From: Octopus sinensis
Taxonomy: Eukaryota
Length of the DNA stretch: 64,000 bases
Assembly (NCBI RefSeq): GCF_006345805.1
Contig: NC_043008.1
Location: forward strand, 22,196,001 to 22,260,000
Direction: 5' to 3'
Shown here: one piece after another, positions 1 to 13,093 of the stretch
How the letters are laid out: each line of letters starts with the position of its first letter
Position numbering within the stretch: position 1 is the first letter of the stretch
Program-made: the position numbers and the translations under genes
Notes under the pieces: generated by a model
What the model was told of the DNA's origin: nothing
What the model saw: only the letters and a program-made list of their open reading frames with translations
Database searches by the model: none

Positions 1-811
1 GCACATTGTTTGTTTTTGAATTTTTTTTTAGTACAGTAGGGTCAGTTGGGCACCGTATGTCAGAAAAACAGCACCATGATGCAATTCACTCTGCCAGAAA
101 TTTGGAAATGACATGCTGTACTGCTTGGCATTCAAGCTGCAATACAGACATTTCAGAGTGCTTGGGTGTCAATCTGAGGTAAGCACAATCTAAGGATATG
201 TACAGAGAGTGATAAAAATCAAATATCCAGTCAACATCCTAGTGTTTGGAGTGATCACTAGCCATGGTGACATTATGCCTCCGTTCATCTTCCCACACAT
301 GGAGACCTACATTAAGTGCCTGGAGGAAGTAGTACTGCCCTGGGTGAAAAGGGTGGCTGCTGGAAGACCCTATATCTAGCAACAGAACTCTGCACCATGC
401 CACACAGGCAGGAGAACCCAGTAATGCCTATCAAAGAATTTCTGCGCCCGCATCACCTCTAACATCTAGCCACCTAACTCCCCAGACTGCAATCCCCTTG
501 ATTGTTTTGTGTAGGGTGCAGTTGAGCGAGAGACCAATAAAACTCTTTGTAACAACAAAGATGAACTAAAGGCAAGGATTATGGTAGCATTCACCAACTT
601 AGACAAGGTGACAGTCCAGAAGAGTTGCAGGGGATTTCGAAGTCATCTGGAGGCTGTGGTTGAAGTCAATGGCGATTTCATTGGACAAATTTACTCTTTA
701 GTATTTCAAGATACTTTTATGTAATTTTCGTAAGTATATCCGTTAAAATGAGATGTCAGTACTAATTTAATATCTGCGTAATTTAGACAGCAATACATTC
801 ACCACATTCTG
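1..811 (+). mobile_element. Decayed Tc1/mariner (maT/DD37D-like) transposon, 3' part
   Basis: Translation ~240-690 gives VFGVITSHGDIMPPFIF..ETYIKCLEEVVLPWVK..QQNSAPCH..PPNSPDCNPLD..GAVERE..ELKARI..FRSHLEAVVEVNGDFI, with in-frame stops. The element ends ..CATTCTG followed by TA. Confidence 0.85.
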
Positions 812-850
812 TATATATATATAATTTGGTCAAGAGAAACTGTCCATCAT

Positions 851-862
851 ATATATAGATAG

Positions 863-925
<63 letters not shown>

Positions 926-950
926 CAGACAGATAAATTGATAGATAGAA
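851..950. repeat. (ATAG)n microsatellite
   Basis: Direct tandem repeat. Confidence 0.95.
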
Positions 951-1130
951 TTAGAGAGATTTGTTGTGTAAGGCTGGAACAATGTGAGAAGGTACAAAGT
1001 GAACTACAAAAAGAAGAGAAAAGAAAACTAAGTGGCAGTTTTACCCTATATTTCTATATTTTGGGGTACGGACCCCTTCTTTAGGACAATTGGAAAAGTA
1101 GTGGTTGGAGAAAAATATATATATATATAT

Positions 1131-1521
1131 ATTATCATCATCATCATCATCATTTAATGTCCATTTTCAATGCTGGCATGGGTTGGATGGTTTGACCAAG
1201 GCTGGCACATTGGAAGGCTGCACCAGGCTGCAGTCTAATTTGGCATGGTTTTTTATGGCTGGGTGCCCTTCCTAATGCCAACCACTCCGAGAGTTTAATG
1301 GGTGCTTTTATGTGCCACTGGCATGGGTGCCATTTGCGTGACACTGGTAGCTGGCACAACTGGTTTTGCTTGTCTTGATGGGTCTTCTTCTCATGCATGA
1401 CATGATGCCAAAGGTTTTGGTCATTGCCTCCATGAGACCCAACACTCAAAAGGAACTCAGCCACTTTGTCTCTGTGAGACCAAATGCTCAAAAGGAACTC
1501 AGACACTCTGCTTCCATGAGG
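1131..1521 (-). mobile_element. 5'-truncated RTE LINE 3' end with (ATG)n tail
   Basis: The minus strand carries a decayed RTE ORF2 end (..LGLMEAMTK..EKKTHQDK), then the 3'UTR motif GGCATTAGGAAGGGCA..CCAACCCATGCCAGCAT and an (ATG)n tail. Confidence 0.7.
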
Positions 1522-1551
1522 CACAGAATATCAATATTAATACTAATAATA

Positions 1552-1700
1552 TTGGTATTAGGAAGGGCATCCAGCAATAAAAACTATGTCAAAGAGGACA
1601 TTGGACCTCAATACAGTTTCTGGACACGTTGGATCCTGTCAAACCATCCAACCCATGACAGCATGGAATATGGCCATTAAATAATGATGGTGATGGTGTG
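1552..1700 (+). mobile_element. Short RTE 3'-end fragment
   Basis: TTAGGAAGGGCATCCAGC..CCAACCCATG..ATGATGGTG tail, shared with the other RTE ends. Confidence 0.6.
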
Positions 1701-1826
1701 GTGGTGGTGGTGGTTGTGAATATCAGAAATATGATAAATTCATAACAGGTATATACATGTAGAAAATATGTATGGGATCTCCTACCTGTAATTCCTTGGA
1801 CAAAAATTCAAAAATAATATGGAGGT

Positions 1827-1998
1827 GCAGGAGTGGCTATGTGGTATGAAGCTTGCTTCCTAGCCACATAATTTCAGGTTCAGTCCCACTGTGTGGCACC
1901 TTGGGCAAGTGTCTTCTACTATAGCCTTGGGCCAGCAGAAGCCTTGTGAGTGGATTTTGTAGATGGAAACTGAAAGAAGCCCATTGTAGATATATGTT

Positions 1999-2032
<34 letters not shown>

Positions 2033-2054
2033 TGTATGTATGTATGTATGTATG

Positions 2055-2087
<33 letters not shown>

Positions 2088-2088
2088 C

Positions 2089-2154
<66 letters not shown>

Positions 2155-2378
2155 GTCTATCTATCTATCTATGTGTCTGTGTGTGTGCATATATGTCAGT
2201 GTTTGTCCTCCCACTATTGTTTGACAACCGATGTTGATGTGCTTACATTCCTGTAACTTAGCATTTTGGCAGAAGACACCAATAGAATAAGTACTAGGCT
2301 TACAAAGAATCAGTCCTAGAGCCGATTTGTTCGACTAAAGGCTGTGCCTCAGCATGGCCACAGTCAAACAAAAGTAAA
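1827..2378 (+). mobile_element. tRNA-derived SINE family A with expanded internal (TATG)n/(TATC)n tract
   Basis: Head GGAGTGGCT(A/G)TGTGGTA..GGTTCAGTCCC (A/B-box-like), GGCACCTTGGGCAAGTGTCTTCTACTATAGCC core and ..GACTAAAGGC..CAGCATGGCC tail. More than 15 copies in the window. Confidence 0.85.
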
Positions 2379-2775
2379 AAAATTAACCTAAGGCAGTGAC
2401 CTAGAATGGCTGCTGTCCAATGACTTGAACTCGTTAAAGATAAAAACTAAACTACATAGACAGACAGACAGGCAGACAGATATACAGAGAGATATGTGCT
2501 TGACATCTACGCCGAGTCTCAAGTTGTCTAGAGTCTCAAGTTGTCACAAGCCTCTTACAAGAAATTGAGTAGAGGGAAAAACTGCAAGAGATACAGAGAC
2601 TGTATGCCTGTAATTCTCGAGGTCAGCATTACTAGATACAAGTGTCATTGGAATACTCAGCCACATGTACAATAATGCTATGAGTAGGCAGTTCATTTGT
2701 TTAAATAGTTTGAACAGCTTGGATACTTAGAAGCAAAACCTGAGATCCATTTATTTTCACTATTTAAGTGTGGGT

Positions 2776-3500
2776 GTATGTGTGTGTATGAATATATATA
2801 TAGACATATATTCATATGCACACATTAATATATGAATATACATTTGTGTGTGAGTATACATGTTTGTGTATGTATATATAATAACATAGATATATGTATA
2901 CACAATTGAAAGCCATTTATGCATATGTTAGTATATTTATACACATACATACACACACACACGTGTACATGTGTATGTGCGTGTGCATATGTATATTATA
3001 TGTATATGTACACACACATACACACACATGTGTGTATGTGTGTGTACATATGTAATATATATATAAATATATATATATAATACATATACATATAAATATA
3101 TATATTATATATATATATGTATATATATTTGTGTATATATATATACATATATATACATATATATATACATATATATATAATATATATATATAGATATATA
3201 TATATATATATATATACATGCAGACACACAGATAGAAAGAGAAAGACTCATACGTATGTATACAGACACACATACATGCATACATGCATCTATACATTAA
3301 CTCAGACACAGACATACAGCTATAAATATCAATACCAATAAATACAGATACTAATAAAAAACGTGCGTACCTATGTACAAGTAGGAACGTATATACACGT
3401 TTCTATGCACATAAGTATTTATGTATGTATGTACGCACACCCATTATCTATGTGCATACGTATTTCCTATAAGCGCAAAGACATATATGCATACACACTG
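2776..3500. repeat. (TA)/(CA)/(TG) low-complexity tract
   Basis: Alternating dinucleotide-derived sequence. Confidence 0.9.
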
Positions 3501-3759
3501 CATTGAAAACTGCATTAATACTTCAGCAACTGATATGCATCCAATTAATGCATGTTGCATGAAGTAAAGTTATTATTAAGTGGCTTTTCTAAAATAACTT
3601 TAAGCAGGTCCTGGCCATAAATTGCTGAGCATTATGCTAAGTACTAATAGAGGCGGCGGCGGGGGGGGCGGGGAGATAAAAAAAAACATTAAAGAAAAAA
3701 AAAGAGGGGAGAAAAAAGAAAAACGTTACTTCTGTAAAATAGAAATTGATGTCTTTTGT

Positions 3760-4490
3760 TGCCATTGACGGTGCTGAAGAAGAAATGGTGATGGCTGTGG
3801 TGGCGGCGGTGGTGGTGATTGCAGTGGTGGTGGTTGTGGTGATGGCGGTGGTGGTGGTGGTGGAGGTGGTGGTGGTGGTGGTGGTGGTGGTGGTGTGGTG
3901 GTGGTGGTGGTGGTGGTGGAGGTGGTGGTGGTGGTGGTGGTGGTAGCGGTGGTGGTGATAGCAGTGGTGGTGGTGGTGGTGGTGGTGGTGGTGGTGGTGG
4001 TGGTGGTGGTATAGGCAGCCGTGGTATTGGTGCAGTGACGCTAATAATGGTGGTGGTGGTGGTGGTAGCAGTGGTGGTAGTGGTGGTGGTGGTGGTGGTG
4101 GTGGTGGTGGTGGTGGTGGTTGCAGAAGTGGTATTGGTGCATGGTGCCAGTACTGATGGTAGTGATGGTGGTAGCGGTGGTGGTGATAGCAGTGGTGGTG
4201 GTGGCAGCAGCGGCAGGGGCAGTGGTTCAGCAGTGCCAGTGATGGTGGTGGTATTGGTGGTGGTGATGGTGGTGGTGGTTGTGGTGGTGGTGGTAGCGGT
4301 GGCGGTGGTGGTGGTGGTGGTGGTGGTGATGGTGGCAATAGAGGCGGTGGTGGTGATGGCATTGGTGATGGCGTTGGTGATGGTGGAGGTGGTGGTGGCG
4401 GTGGTGGTGGTGTTGGTGGTGGTAGTAAATGGAATAATGATTGCAGACATTTGTTCTGGTAGTATTTGTTGTTGTTGTTGTTATTTGCTT
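3760..4490. repeat. Long (GGT)n-derived low-complexity tract
   Basis: Imperfect GGT/GGC/GAT repeats; produces the spurious poly-P/T/H/V ORFs. Confidence 0.95.
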
Positions 4491-5141
4491 TTGTTGTTCT
4501 TGTTGATTAAATGTAAATGGATTAAATCTCTGTAAAGAAGAATATATCAGTAGATTTATTCTTATTAACACACACACACACACACAAATACACGCATATA
4601 TATTCATCATATATTTATATCAGTGTATGTATATATGTATACATGCATGTATATATATATATATATGTGTGTGTGTGTATGTGTGTGTCTGTGCACATGT
4701 ATGTATCGGTGAACATGTGTGATCAAGTATGCAACTCACCACCGCCACCACCATCACCACCACCACCACCACTACCACCACCACCATCACCATCACCACC
4801 ACTACCGTCAGCATCATCATCATCATTGTTCCATCGTACATCATTCCTGCAGACATCTTCCCATAGGTTAGACAAGTTTCATATGGAACATAATATTCCC
4901 AGTCATTTAAAAATTCCGACAGCTTCTCCATGAAACCCACCATTCTTAGATATAACCTCACATATAAATTCATGCACACACACCAACACACACATGCACA
5001 CACATATTCATATACAGCTTACCACAGATGCATCCTGTATATGTACACATAACATGCATAATTGCAAATACATATAACTGCACACCATGCATACATGCAA
5101 TTGCATTTATATATCATTTATTTATTATTTATTGTTTGTAG

Positions 5142-5870
5142 GTGCAGGCATGGCTGTGTGGTAGTTAGAAGCTTGCTTCCCAACCACATGGTTCCGGGTT
5201 CAGTCCCACTGCGTGGCACCTTGGGCAAGTGTCTTCTACTATAGCCTCGCACCAACCAAAGCATTGTGAGTGAAGTTGGTAGACGGAAACTGAAAGAAGC
5301 CCATCGTATATATATATATATATTAATATTAGGGAAGTTGTGTGTTGGCAATATAATCGTTTTAATATGGTATTGTATTTCAAGACCTTCTATTTTAGCA
5401 ATATCGAGGAATATGTTGTCATGAAACAAGCGTAGTCTATATAATGTAAGGTATATGATTTAGAATAAGAATTGAAGGTATTGATTTTGATGATTTTGAT
5501 AATTTTTAAATATTTAGTCCTATATGTACCAATCATGGATAATGTCATTCAATGATGATTGAGTTGCTTGAGGGTGATTCTGTCTCTTAAACCTATCTAT
5601 TTCTCTCTCTCTCTCTATATATATATATACACACACACATACACACGTGTGTGTGTGTGTGTTTGTGTATTTGTGTGTCTGTGTTTGTTTCCCCACCATC
5701 ACTTGACAACCAATGCTGGTGTGTTTACACTCCCATAACTTAGTAGTTTGGTAAAAGAGACCAATAGAATAAGTACTAGGCTTACAAAGAATCAGTCCTG
5801 GGTTCAATTTGTTCAACAAATGGTGGTGCTCCAGCATGGCCGCAGTCAAATGACTGAAAAAAGTAAAGGA
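5142..5870 (+). mobile_element. SINE family A, split by an internal ~300-bp segment
   Basis: Head at 5142-5310 and tail at 5680-5870 match the other copies. Confidence 0.8.
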
Positions 5871-6069
5871 ATAAGAATGTACAAATTTATATGTGCATAG
5901 ACTTATCTGTGTTTACATATCTGTTTTTCATTTACAAGTGGGTCACAAGTGAAGAGGCAGTGATTATCGTATTCATAAACCTTTATAAGAATAGTGGAAT
6001 CAATGTGGTTGTTGTTTGGTTTGAACATTTATTGATTGCTCAGTATCTGTCTTTCATTTGTGTAAAGTC

Positions 6070-6279
6070 ATTAGGCTGCAACCATGCTGGAGCACCACCT
6101 TGAGAAAATTTAGTTGAATTAATCAAGGCCAGTACTTATTTTTTTTAAAGCTTCATACTGATTCTATTGGTCTCTTTTGCCAAACTGCTAAGTTATGGGG
6201 ACTTAAATACATCAGCACCAATTGCCATGCAGTGGGTGGGGGTGGGGCAAACACACACACACCTGCATATATATACACA

Positions 6280-6314
<35 letters not shown>

Positions 6315-6475
6315 ATGGGCTTCTTTCAGTTTCTGTCTACCAAGTCCACTCACAAAGCTTTGGTCAGCCCACAACCCAAGGATTTAGTAGCAGCCCCTTG
6401 CCCAAGGTACCTTGTAGTGAGACTGAACCTGAAACCATGTGGTTAGGAAGCAGATGTCTTACAACACAGCCATGT
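6070..6475 (-). mobile_element. SINE family A
   Basis: Reverse complement of the family A head, core and tail. Confidence 0.8.
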
Positions 6476-6689
6476 CCAAAACTATAGGAGTGAAATTTTA
6501 ATAAAAATCTATGCTAACAAAGAATCATGAGAGAAAAACAGTTCTTGGAAAGAAGGAATGGCTGAAGCTTCTAATTTAGAATTAACAGTAAACAACAGGA
6601 TGAAAGACTGCCTGTTTTCAAGCCATCGATGTGCAACATACATTCCAAGAGTTTTGAGACTTTTTCAGAAGTGAAGTATATTAATTTCA

Positions 6690-6935
6690 AAAATGTACAA
6701 AATCCTAATCTCCCTCGAAGTAAGATCCTCTGTCTTCAATGCATCTGTTGCAGCACTCCAACCATTTTGTGAAGGACCTGTGGAAGTCCTCGAAGGTGAA
6801 CATGTCCAGGGCCCATGTCACAGCTTCTTTCATCTTGTCAATGTCTTCAAAATAGATGTCCCTGAAGTTCTCTTCCAGCTTGGGGATTGTAGTGAGGGTG
6901 CAGTACAATTTTGATGTCCATCTCTGTCAAACAGT
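6690..6935 (-). mobile_element. mariner transposase C-terminal remnant
   Basis: PKLEENFRDIYFEDIDKMKEAVTWAL..FHRSFTKWLECCNRCIEDRGSYFEGD resembles the mariner end (..F.KW..RW..C....G.YFEGD). Confidence 0.75.
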
Positions 6936-6957
6936 TGGTTACCAGGATGGAATTTGC

Positions 6958-7058
6958 ATTCGTGTGTGTGTGCACGTGTGTGTGTGCACGTGTGTGTGTG
7001 CACGTGTGTGTGTGCACGTGTGTGTGTGCACGTGTGTGTGTGCACGTGTGTGTGTGTA
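6958..7058. repeat. 14-bp minisatellite (CACGTGTGTGTGTG)n, ~7 units
   Basis: Direct tandem repeat. Confidence 0.9.
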
Positions 7059-7849
7059 TTTAGTATATGCCCAGTGTGCAAGTATATGGCTTTGTATATT
7101 ACACTGTTTGTACCTGTATTATTGTTATATCGCAAAACTACACAGTGACTGTGTGAGCTACGAAATCCTCATCATTTCTGTTATATCACACATTCGGATG
7201 ACCTCTGCCCAACTCCTCGACATCTAGACTTCTCCCTCTATATCTACGTATTGGGCTAGCCTATTTCAACATCTGGGGGCGTTGACACAACAGTTGTCTA
7301 TATCATTTTTCCATGAATGACTTTCAGAAATTTCAATGTCCATCATCTATGGTTAGGTTAATGATTTTAACTGTAGCTGATTGGGTGGGTGAGATGGAAA
7401 GCCATTTCTTTCTCATAAGTAGCAATTTTCTTTGTAGTTTATTTTCAAAGTTTCAGTTAACATTGGCATGGCTCACTCCATATGCTACTGTCTTTAATGG
7501 TGTGGCTACTGATATATCAACTTACAAAGTTTCCAATGTCTCCTAGTGATAGTTTATTTTTCTTGTTGTAGCAATTAATTAATTGAAGATTGAAGACTTC
7601 TCCATTAGCAGACTTCCCAGAGGTAATTTGTCAAGGGACACCAGAGCACAATTTATTTAGCTGCTTTACCATTTATGTTGGAATCTAATAATTATTTCTT
7701 CTTTCCCCAAGATACAATGCCGAAATTTATTTCGTTTTAACATTAAAAGATGACATTACATTTTGTATCAGTATAATATCTTTATATAATTGATATATTT
7801 ACAAATGAAAGTTATAAATGATATCAATAAGAAGAAATATAATTATTGT

Positions 7850-8175
7850 TATCATCAACATTTAACGTTCATGTTCCATGCTGGTAAGAGAAGGATGGTT
7901 TGATAGGATCTGATGTGTTCAAGGGCTGTATCAATGTCTGTTTTGGTATGAGTTCTATGACTGGATGCCCTTCCTAAAGCCAACCACTTTACTGTGTAGA
8001 CCGGGTGCTTTTTATGTGCCATTTGCACAGTTGAGGTTGTCCTGCAACAAACCTTGGGAAGGTGAGGGTCAGCTACATGGTTGGGGAGGAAGGGATTGCT
8101 CTATGAGAAGCAGGGGTAGCAGTGCAGGTTTTTATCAAGGATCTGAATGGCTACTCACATACAGAGTAGGGTTTT
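7850..8175 (-). mobile_element. Diverged RTE 3'-end copy
   Basis: TTTAACGTTCATGTTCCATGCTGG..GGATGCCCTTCCTAA..GGGTGCTTTTTATGTGCC. Confidence 0.6.
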
Positions 8176-8204
8176 AATTGATATCATCATCATCATAGGC
8201 ACAG

Positions 8205-8590
8205 GAGTGGCTGTATGGTAAGTAGCTTACTTACCAACCACATGGTTCTGGGTTCAGTCCCACTGCGTGGCACCTTGGACAAGTGTCTTCTACTATAGCC
8301 TTGGGCTGACCAAAGCCTAGAGAGTGGATTTGTTTGACGGAAACTGAAAGAAGCCCGTCATATATGTGTATATATATATATGTTTGTGTGTCTGTGCTTG
8401 AACCACCCCAACATCGCTTGACAACCGATGGTGGTGTGTCTGTGTGCCCGTAACTTAGCAGTTTGGCAAAAGATACTGATAGAATAAGTACTAAACTTAC
8501 AAAGAATAAGTCCTGGGGTCGATTTTCTTGACTAAAGTCGGTGCTCCAGCATGGCTGCAGTCTACTGACTGAAACAACTAAAAGAGTAAA
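8205..8590 (+). mobile_element. SINE family A, near full length
   Basis: Family A head, core and tail. Confidence 0.85.
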
Positions 8591-8875
8591 AAAAAGATCC
8601 TCACTGTCATCATCATCATCATCATTGTCGTCATTGTCATCGTATTTATGTCCACTTTTCCATGGTGGCATGGATTGGAGAGGACACTTGCAGTTTTATT
8701 TAATAGTTAGATGCTCTACCTGATGTCAGCTCCTTTAGCTATTTCTTATGAAATACAGTTTCACTGCATTTAATCTCGAAACTGAGATGATTATAATTGC
8801 TTCATTAATAAGACAATTATGTTTATGTATTTATTTTTCCAGACTCTTGATTTGAAAGTGTTTGTGGAAACAGAT

Positions 8876-8922
<47 letters not shown>

Positions 8923-9004
8923 TGATGATGATGATGATGATGATGATAATAATAATAATATAATAATAATAATAATAATAATAAAATAATAATAATAATG
9001 ATAC

Positions 9005-9055
<51 letters not shown>

Positions 9056-9060
9056 TAATA
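8876..9060. repeat. (AAT)n/(GAT)n microsatellite
   Basis: Direct tandem repeat. Confidence 0.95.
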
Positions 9061-9654
9061 AGTGAAGATGAAATAAACAGTGCGTGTGTTTATTGGCAAA
9101 ATGACCATCCTCAAATATAATGATATGAAACAATGTTATATCTTTTTTTTTAAATGTATATTTATAAGCAAATGCTACAATCTGTATATTCATAAAGAAA
9201 TATTATAATGGATTATTATCATTTTTTATATAGCAATATTATAAATATTACTTTCATATGAAAATATTGCAAATATTGTGGTTTATATATTTTTAGAGTT
9301 GTGCTATAATCTGCATTATTGCTATAATTGACATATTTATTAAATAGCTCTTTGTTCATATTTCTCTGGTTCTCCATCTTTTTGTCTTTGTGATGCTCTG
9401 GCGATCAAATAGAAAAAAAAATTATGCCACACTTCACATGAAAAATGAAAAGAAAATCTGTTTTAATGTCAAAAATATAAAACAAAATGCAGAAAATCGT
9501 TGCTTAACAAAAATTATAAGCAAATGCTTTTACAAGATATTTTCTAAAGACTAAAAGTATATTTTTAAATATTTGCGACATACCTAGATACCACCTGTGG
9601 CACACCAATATACTGCAGTGCACCATTCCAGACTCACTGATATCGAAATCAAAC

Positions 9655-10099
9655 TCGGTGAGTGGCATCCATTGCTAGTGGAGCGCTAAGGGTACCATAC
9701 GAGTGAAATTGTTGCCAGAGCAACAAGATGACCTTCATGCTGATGGCACGTTAAACACACCATTCGAGCGTGATCGTTAACGCATCGCCTTTCTAGTACT
9801 TGTGCTGGTGGCACATGAAACATTCGAGCGAGGTCGTTGCCAGTCCCACTGAACTGGCTTCTGTGCAGGTTGCACATAAAAAGCACCATTTGGGCGTGGT
9901 CACTGCCAGTACCACCAAGCTGGCCCTCATGCCGGTGGCATGTAAAAGCACCCACTACACTCTCAGAGTCGTTGGCGTTAGGAAGGGCATCTAGCTGTAG
10001 AAACTCTGCCAGATCAGACTGGAGCCTGTTGCAGCTATCTGGTTCGCCAGACCTCAGTCAAATCGTCCAACCCATGCTAGCATGGAAAGCGGACGTTAA

Positions 10100-10128
<29 letters not shown>
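9655..10128 (+). mobile_element. RTE 3' end with tandem ~60-bp subrepeats and (ATG)n tail
   Basis: Four units begin GGTGGCACGTAAAAGCACC-like, followed by GTTGGCGTTAGGAAGGGCATC..GCATGGAAAGCGGACGTTAAATGATGATG. Confidence 0.8.
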
Positions 10129-10130
<2 letters not shown>

Positions 10131-11743
10131 CTGTTTGATAGTATCCCAAATCAGTAATTATTTAGAAATATGCTGAGAGGTTTTACACATCTCATTTGTA
10201 ATGTCCTCCACATGTTTTAATCACACAACACCTTAAGCAAGTATCTTCAGTCAAAGCACATTTTCACAACAAATTCAATTACATTTTGTTGCTTATTGAG
10301 GAAGGTTTTTTTAATGTAGCCTTAATAGGTAATAATTAATTCAATGTTTTATTTCGCATCTCACTTTTCTTTCCAATTTTTCTCTCTCTCTTTTTTTTTA
10401 CTCTTCTTGTCTCTTTCTCTCTTTTGGACAAAGGAATTACATCCAAAGCGTCATGTTTTTCATCTTGTTATTTTCATGTTCTTTGTTTTTCTTTTTGCTT
10501 CCATACATAGCTGCATTTCTAAACTGGAAGCTCAATTCTTATGCATTTATTTATTGTTTTTCTTGTTTTTCTTTTCTTTTTCTTTTTTTTACATTCATGC
10601 AGTTTTTTTTTTTTTTAGCCTAGTTTGATATCTCAAGAAAAGAATTATTCAAGCATTCAACCAATTTATTTTTTTTAGATTTTTTAACCTTTTAAATCAA
10701 TGTCTATACTTTCTGGCAAAAGAAGGCATTTGATTGGTCAAACTTGTTACTGTCATTTGCATTGAAGGAATATTTATTTTCATTAGACACCACTTTGGTT
10801 TGTTGTATATTGACTGTTCTGCTATGACATCAAACAGAAACCAAACTCAAACTGTCAGCAGCATCACAACCATGACAGGTGGCTGTTAGTTCTTTAAAAA
10901 TCTTCCCTGTATTAGAGAGGGTTTGAAATAAATTGAATTTGCTCTTAACATCAAAAGCTCAGTGATCAACGTCTGCTAAGATCAAATTAGTTCAATTAAC
11001 GTTCGTATACTTTTATATTTATACTGTTTGTTTTTGTTCTTTTTTTTTGGTTTTTGATTGGCAGTTTACTGTTGATTAAAAAATTCTGTGTTAGTTTTAT
11101 TACATACCAAAAAAGATAATAGTTAATTTTATGTTTTTAACGCTGTTAGTTATTGATCAAGAATGGAGGTTTCAACTCAAGATGTTTTACACCATTTATT
11201 TTTATAATTTTAAAACTGAAATTGATAAAACGAATATTTTCATTAACGGAAAGTGCGGAAAGAACAAAATTATATTTTAAAAAATTAATAATCAAACACG
11301 AATTAAAAATGCTATTTAAAAGCCAAACACTAAACTTCAGCATTATTGGAATCATAACCATTATTAATAACACCATCATCACTACTAACAACAATATCAT
11401 GAACTAAGCTCAAAGAAGAAGCTTTTGCATGGTGTTTCTATCTGTTAGAGATAACAACTGAACATTCATCAACTCACACTCAGGCATCTTACTTTTAATA
11501 GAAGGACACTTTTAATAGTGTAGTCCTAAATACACAATTACTTCATTGCAAATCACCTCCAAACAAGGCCTTTTAATCACTTCTAGAGAGTAGCACTATT
11601 GTCAGAAACTCTCCCTCTCTCTTTCGTTTTCCCCTTGTATATCATCATCATCATCATCGTTTAAGGTCTGTTTTCCATGCTGGCATGGGTTGGAGTTTGA
11701 CTGAAAACTAGTAAGTTGGGGAGCTGCACCAGGTTCCAATCTG

Positions 11744-11780
<37 letters not shown>

Positions 11781-11784
<4 letters not shown>

Positions 11785-11972
11785 TCATAAATAAGGGCAA
11801 ATGAAAAACTTTCTAATGCCACATATGCCAATTTCTCGGCATATTTGGCATTAGAAATTTTTCGTTTGCCCTTATTTATGAATTGTTTATAAATTTAACC
11901 TTTAAAGGTATTTTTAATATGCTGGCCATTGATAAAATTTTTTTTTCAAAAAAAATTTTATCCTACATTAGA
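11781..11972. mobile_element. (TA)n-embedded element with ~50-bp-arm palindrome (second copy at 37400-37612)
   Basis: Arms at 11781-11829 and 11838-11885 are near-perfect reverse complements; flanked by (TA)n on both sides. Confidence 0.7.
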
Positions 11973-11976
11973 TATA

Positions 11977-12018
<42 letters not shown>

Positions 12019-12729
12019 TAGCTTAAGGTGACCCCCTCTTCACATGGGTGAGGATGCGGTTGTTACTTTCTGTTTGTTATCGCCACATTCTCCCTTTTTG
12101 TTTCTCTCTCCTTTCTCTCTCACTTTCCCACTCTCTTACTTTCTATCTTTCTCTATCTCTCTCTCTCCCATTTATAAAGAACAAAAGATCTTGAGTAAGT
12201 TGAGAAAGAAATATTTTGGAAGATCAATCATAAATATCAGGCAGTGACAACTGAAAGGTCTGCCTCAAAGTGGACAGCAAAACACTAACATTTAAAAGGG
12301 ACAGACGAACTTGCGAGCTGAATAAAAATAAAAAAATATTGGAAACCAAAGTTTGAAGGGATAGAATCTGAGGATAGTGCTACAGATGTACGAGCACACA
12401 CGAGATTGAGACATGGCCAACCTCACACGCTTCTCATGAGGAATTCCAGAAGAAGCATCATGAGACCACCGCTGAGACACTTCCAAAGGAAGATAAAAAG
12501 GAAAAGCTGTTAGAAAACCGATTATAGCAGCGGCTCTGTCTAAGAATATCTGAAGAAGGAATATTATTCCAAAATATCATATCAGACTATGGATGACTAA
12601 ATTACAACAGGTATATAGCCCATTGTCTGTATTATAGTGCATTGTTGTACCATTCAAATAATTTTATTCTTTACAAACAATACACAATGCTTCAAGCGAA
12701 CTACAATACTCTCCTATATATATATATAG

Positions 12730-12761
<32 letters not shown>

Positions 12762-12804
12762 TATATATAATATATATATATATATGTATATATATATACA
12801 TATG

Positions 12805-13050
12805 TACGTTTCAATGTCTACCTTCATTTATTTTCAATGTGCTAAAATAAGAATAACTTTTTCGTGGTTTGGGATTTAACTCCCATGTCTAGCGTGATGG
12901 AAAACCACTTAGTGACTTCCCCTTTGTGTTTAATTTCTATACACACTTATAATATAATAATATTTGCAGTCTATGGACATTTTTACTCACGCTGGCCACT
13001 GATAAAAAATTAACATTTAATTTTTACCCTATATCTAAAATAAAATTTTA
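12805..13050. mobile_element. (TA)n-embedded short element related to the 11781 and 27340 elements
   Basis: Shares a short hairpin + ATTTTTA + CACGCTGGCCACTGATAAAA subterminal motif; flanked by (TA)n. Confidence 0.45.
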
Positions 13051-13056
13051 ACATAT

Positions 13057-13093
<37 letters not shown>

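Noticed and set aside
4800-4960. Minus frame EFLNDWEYYVPYETCLTYGK
   Set aside because: Flanked by microsatellites, with no splice or homology support
9740-9960. Regularly spaced ~60-bp repeats as a CRISPR array
   Set aside because: Eukaryotic context; the units are diverged paralogous subrepeats of a LINE 3'UTR, with no unique spacers or cas genes
11146-11407. Overlapping ORFs on both strands (84 aa each)
   Set aside because: AT-rich composition, atypical starts, no homology recognised
12017-12715. Possible Helitron-like element starting TACTAGC..GACCCC
   Set aside because: Only a weak resemblance at the start; no 3' hairpin/CTRR end or coding motif seen
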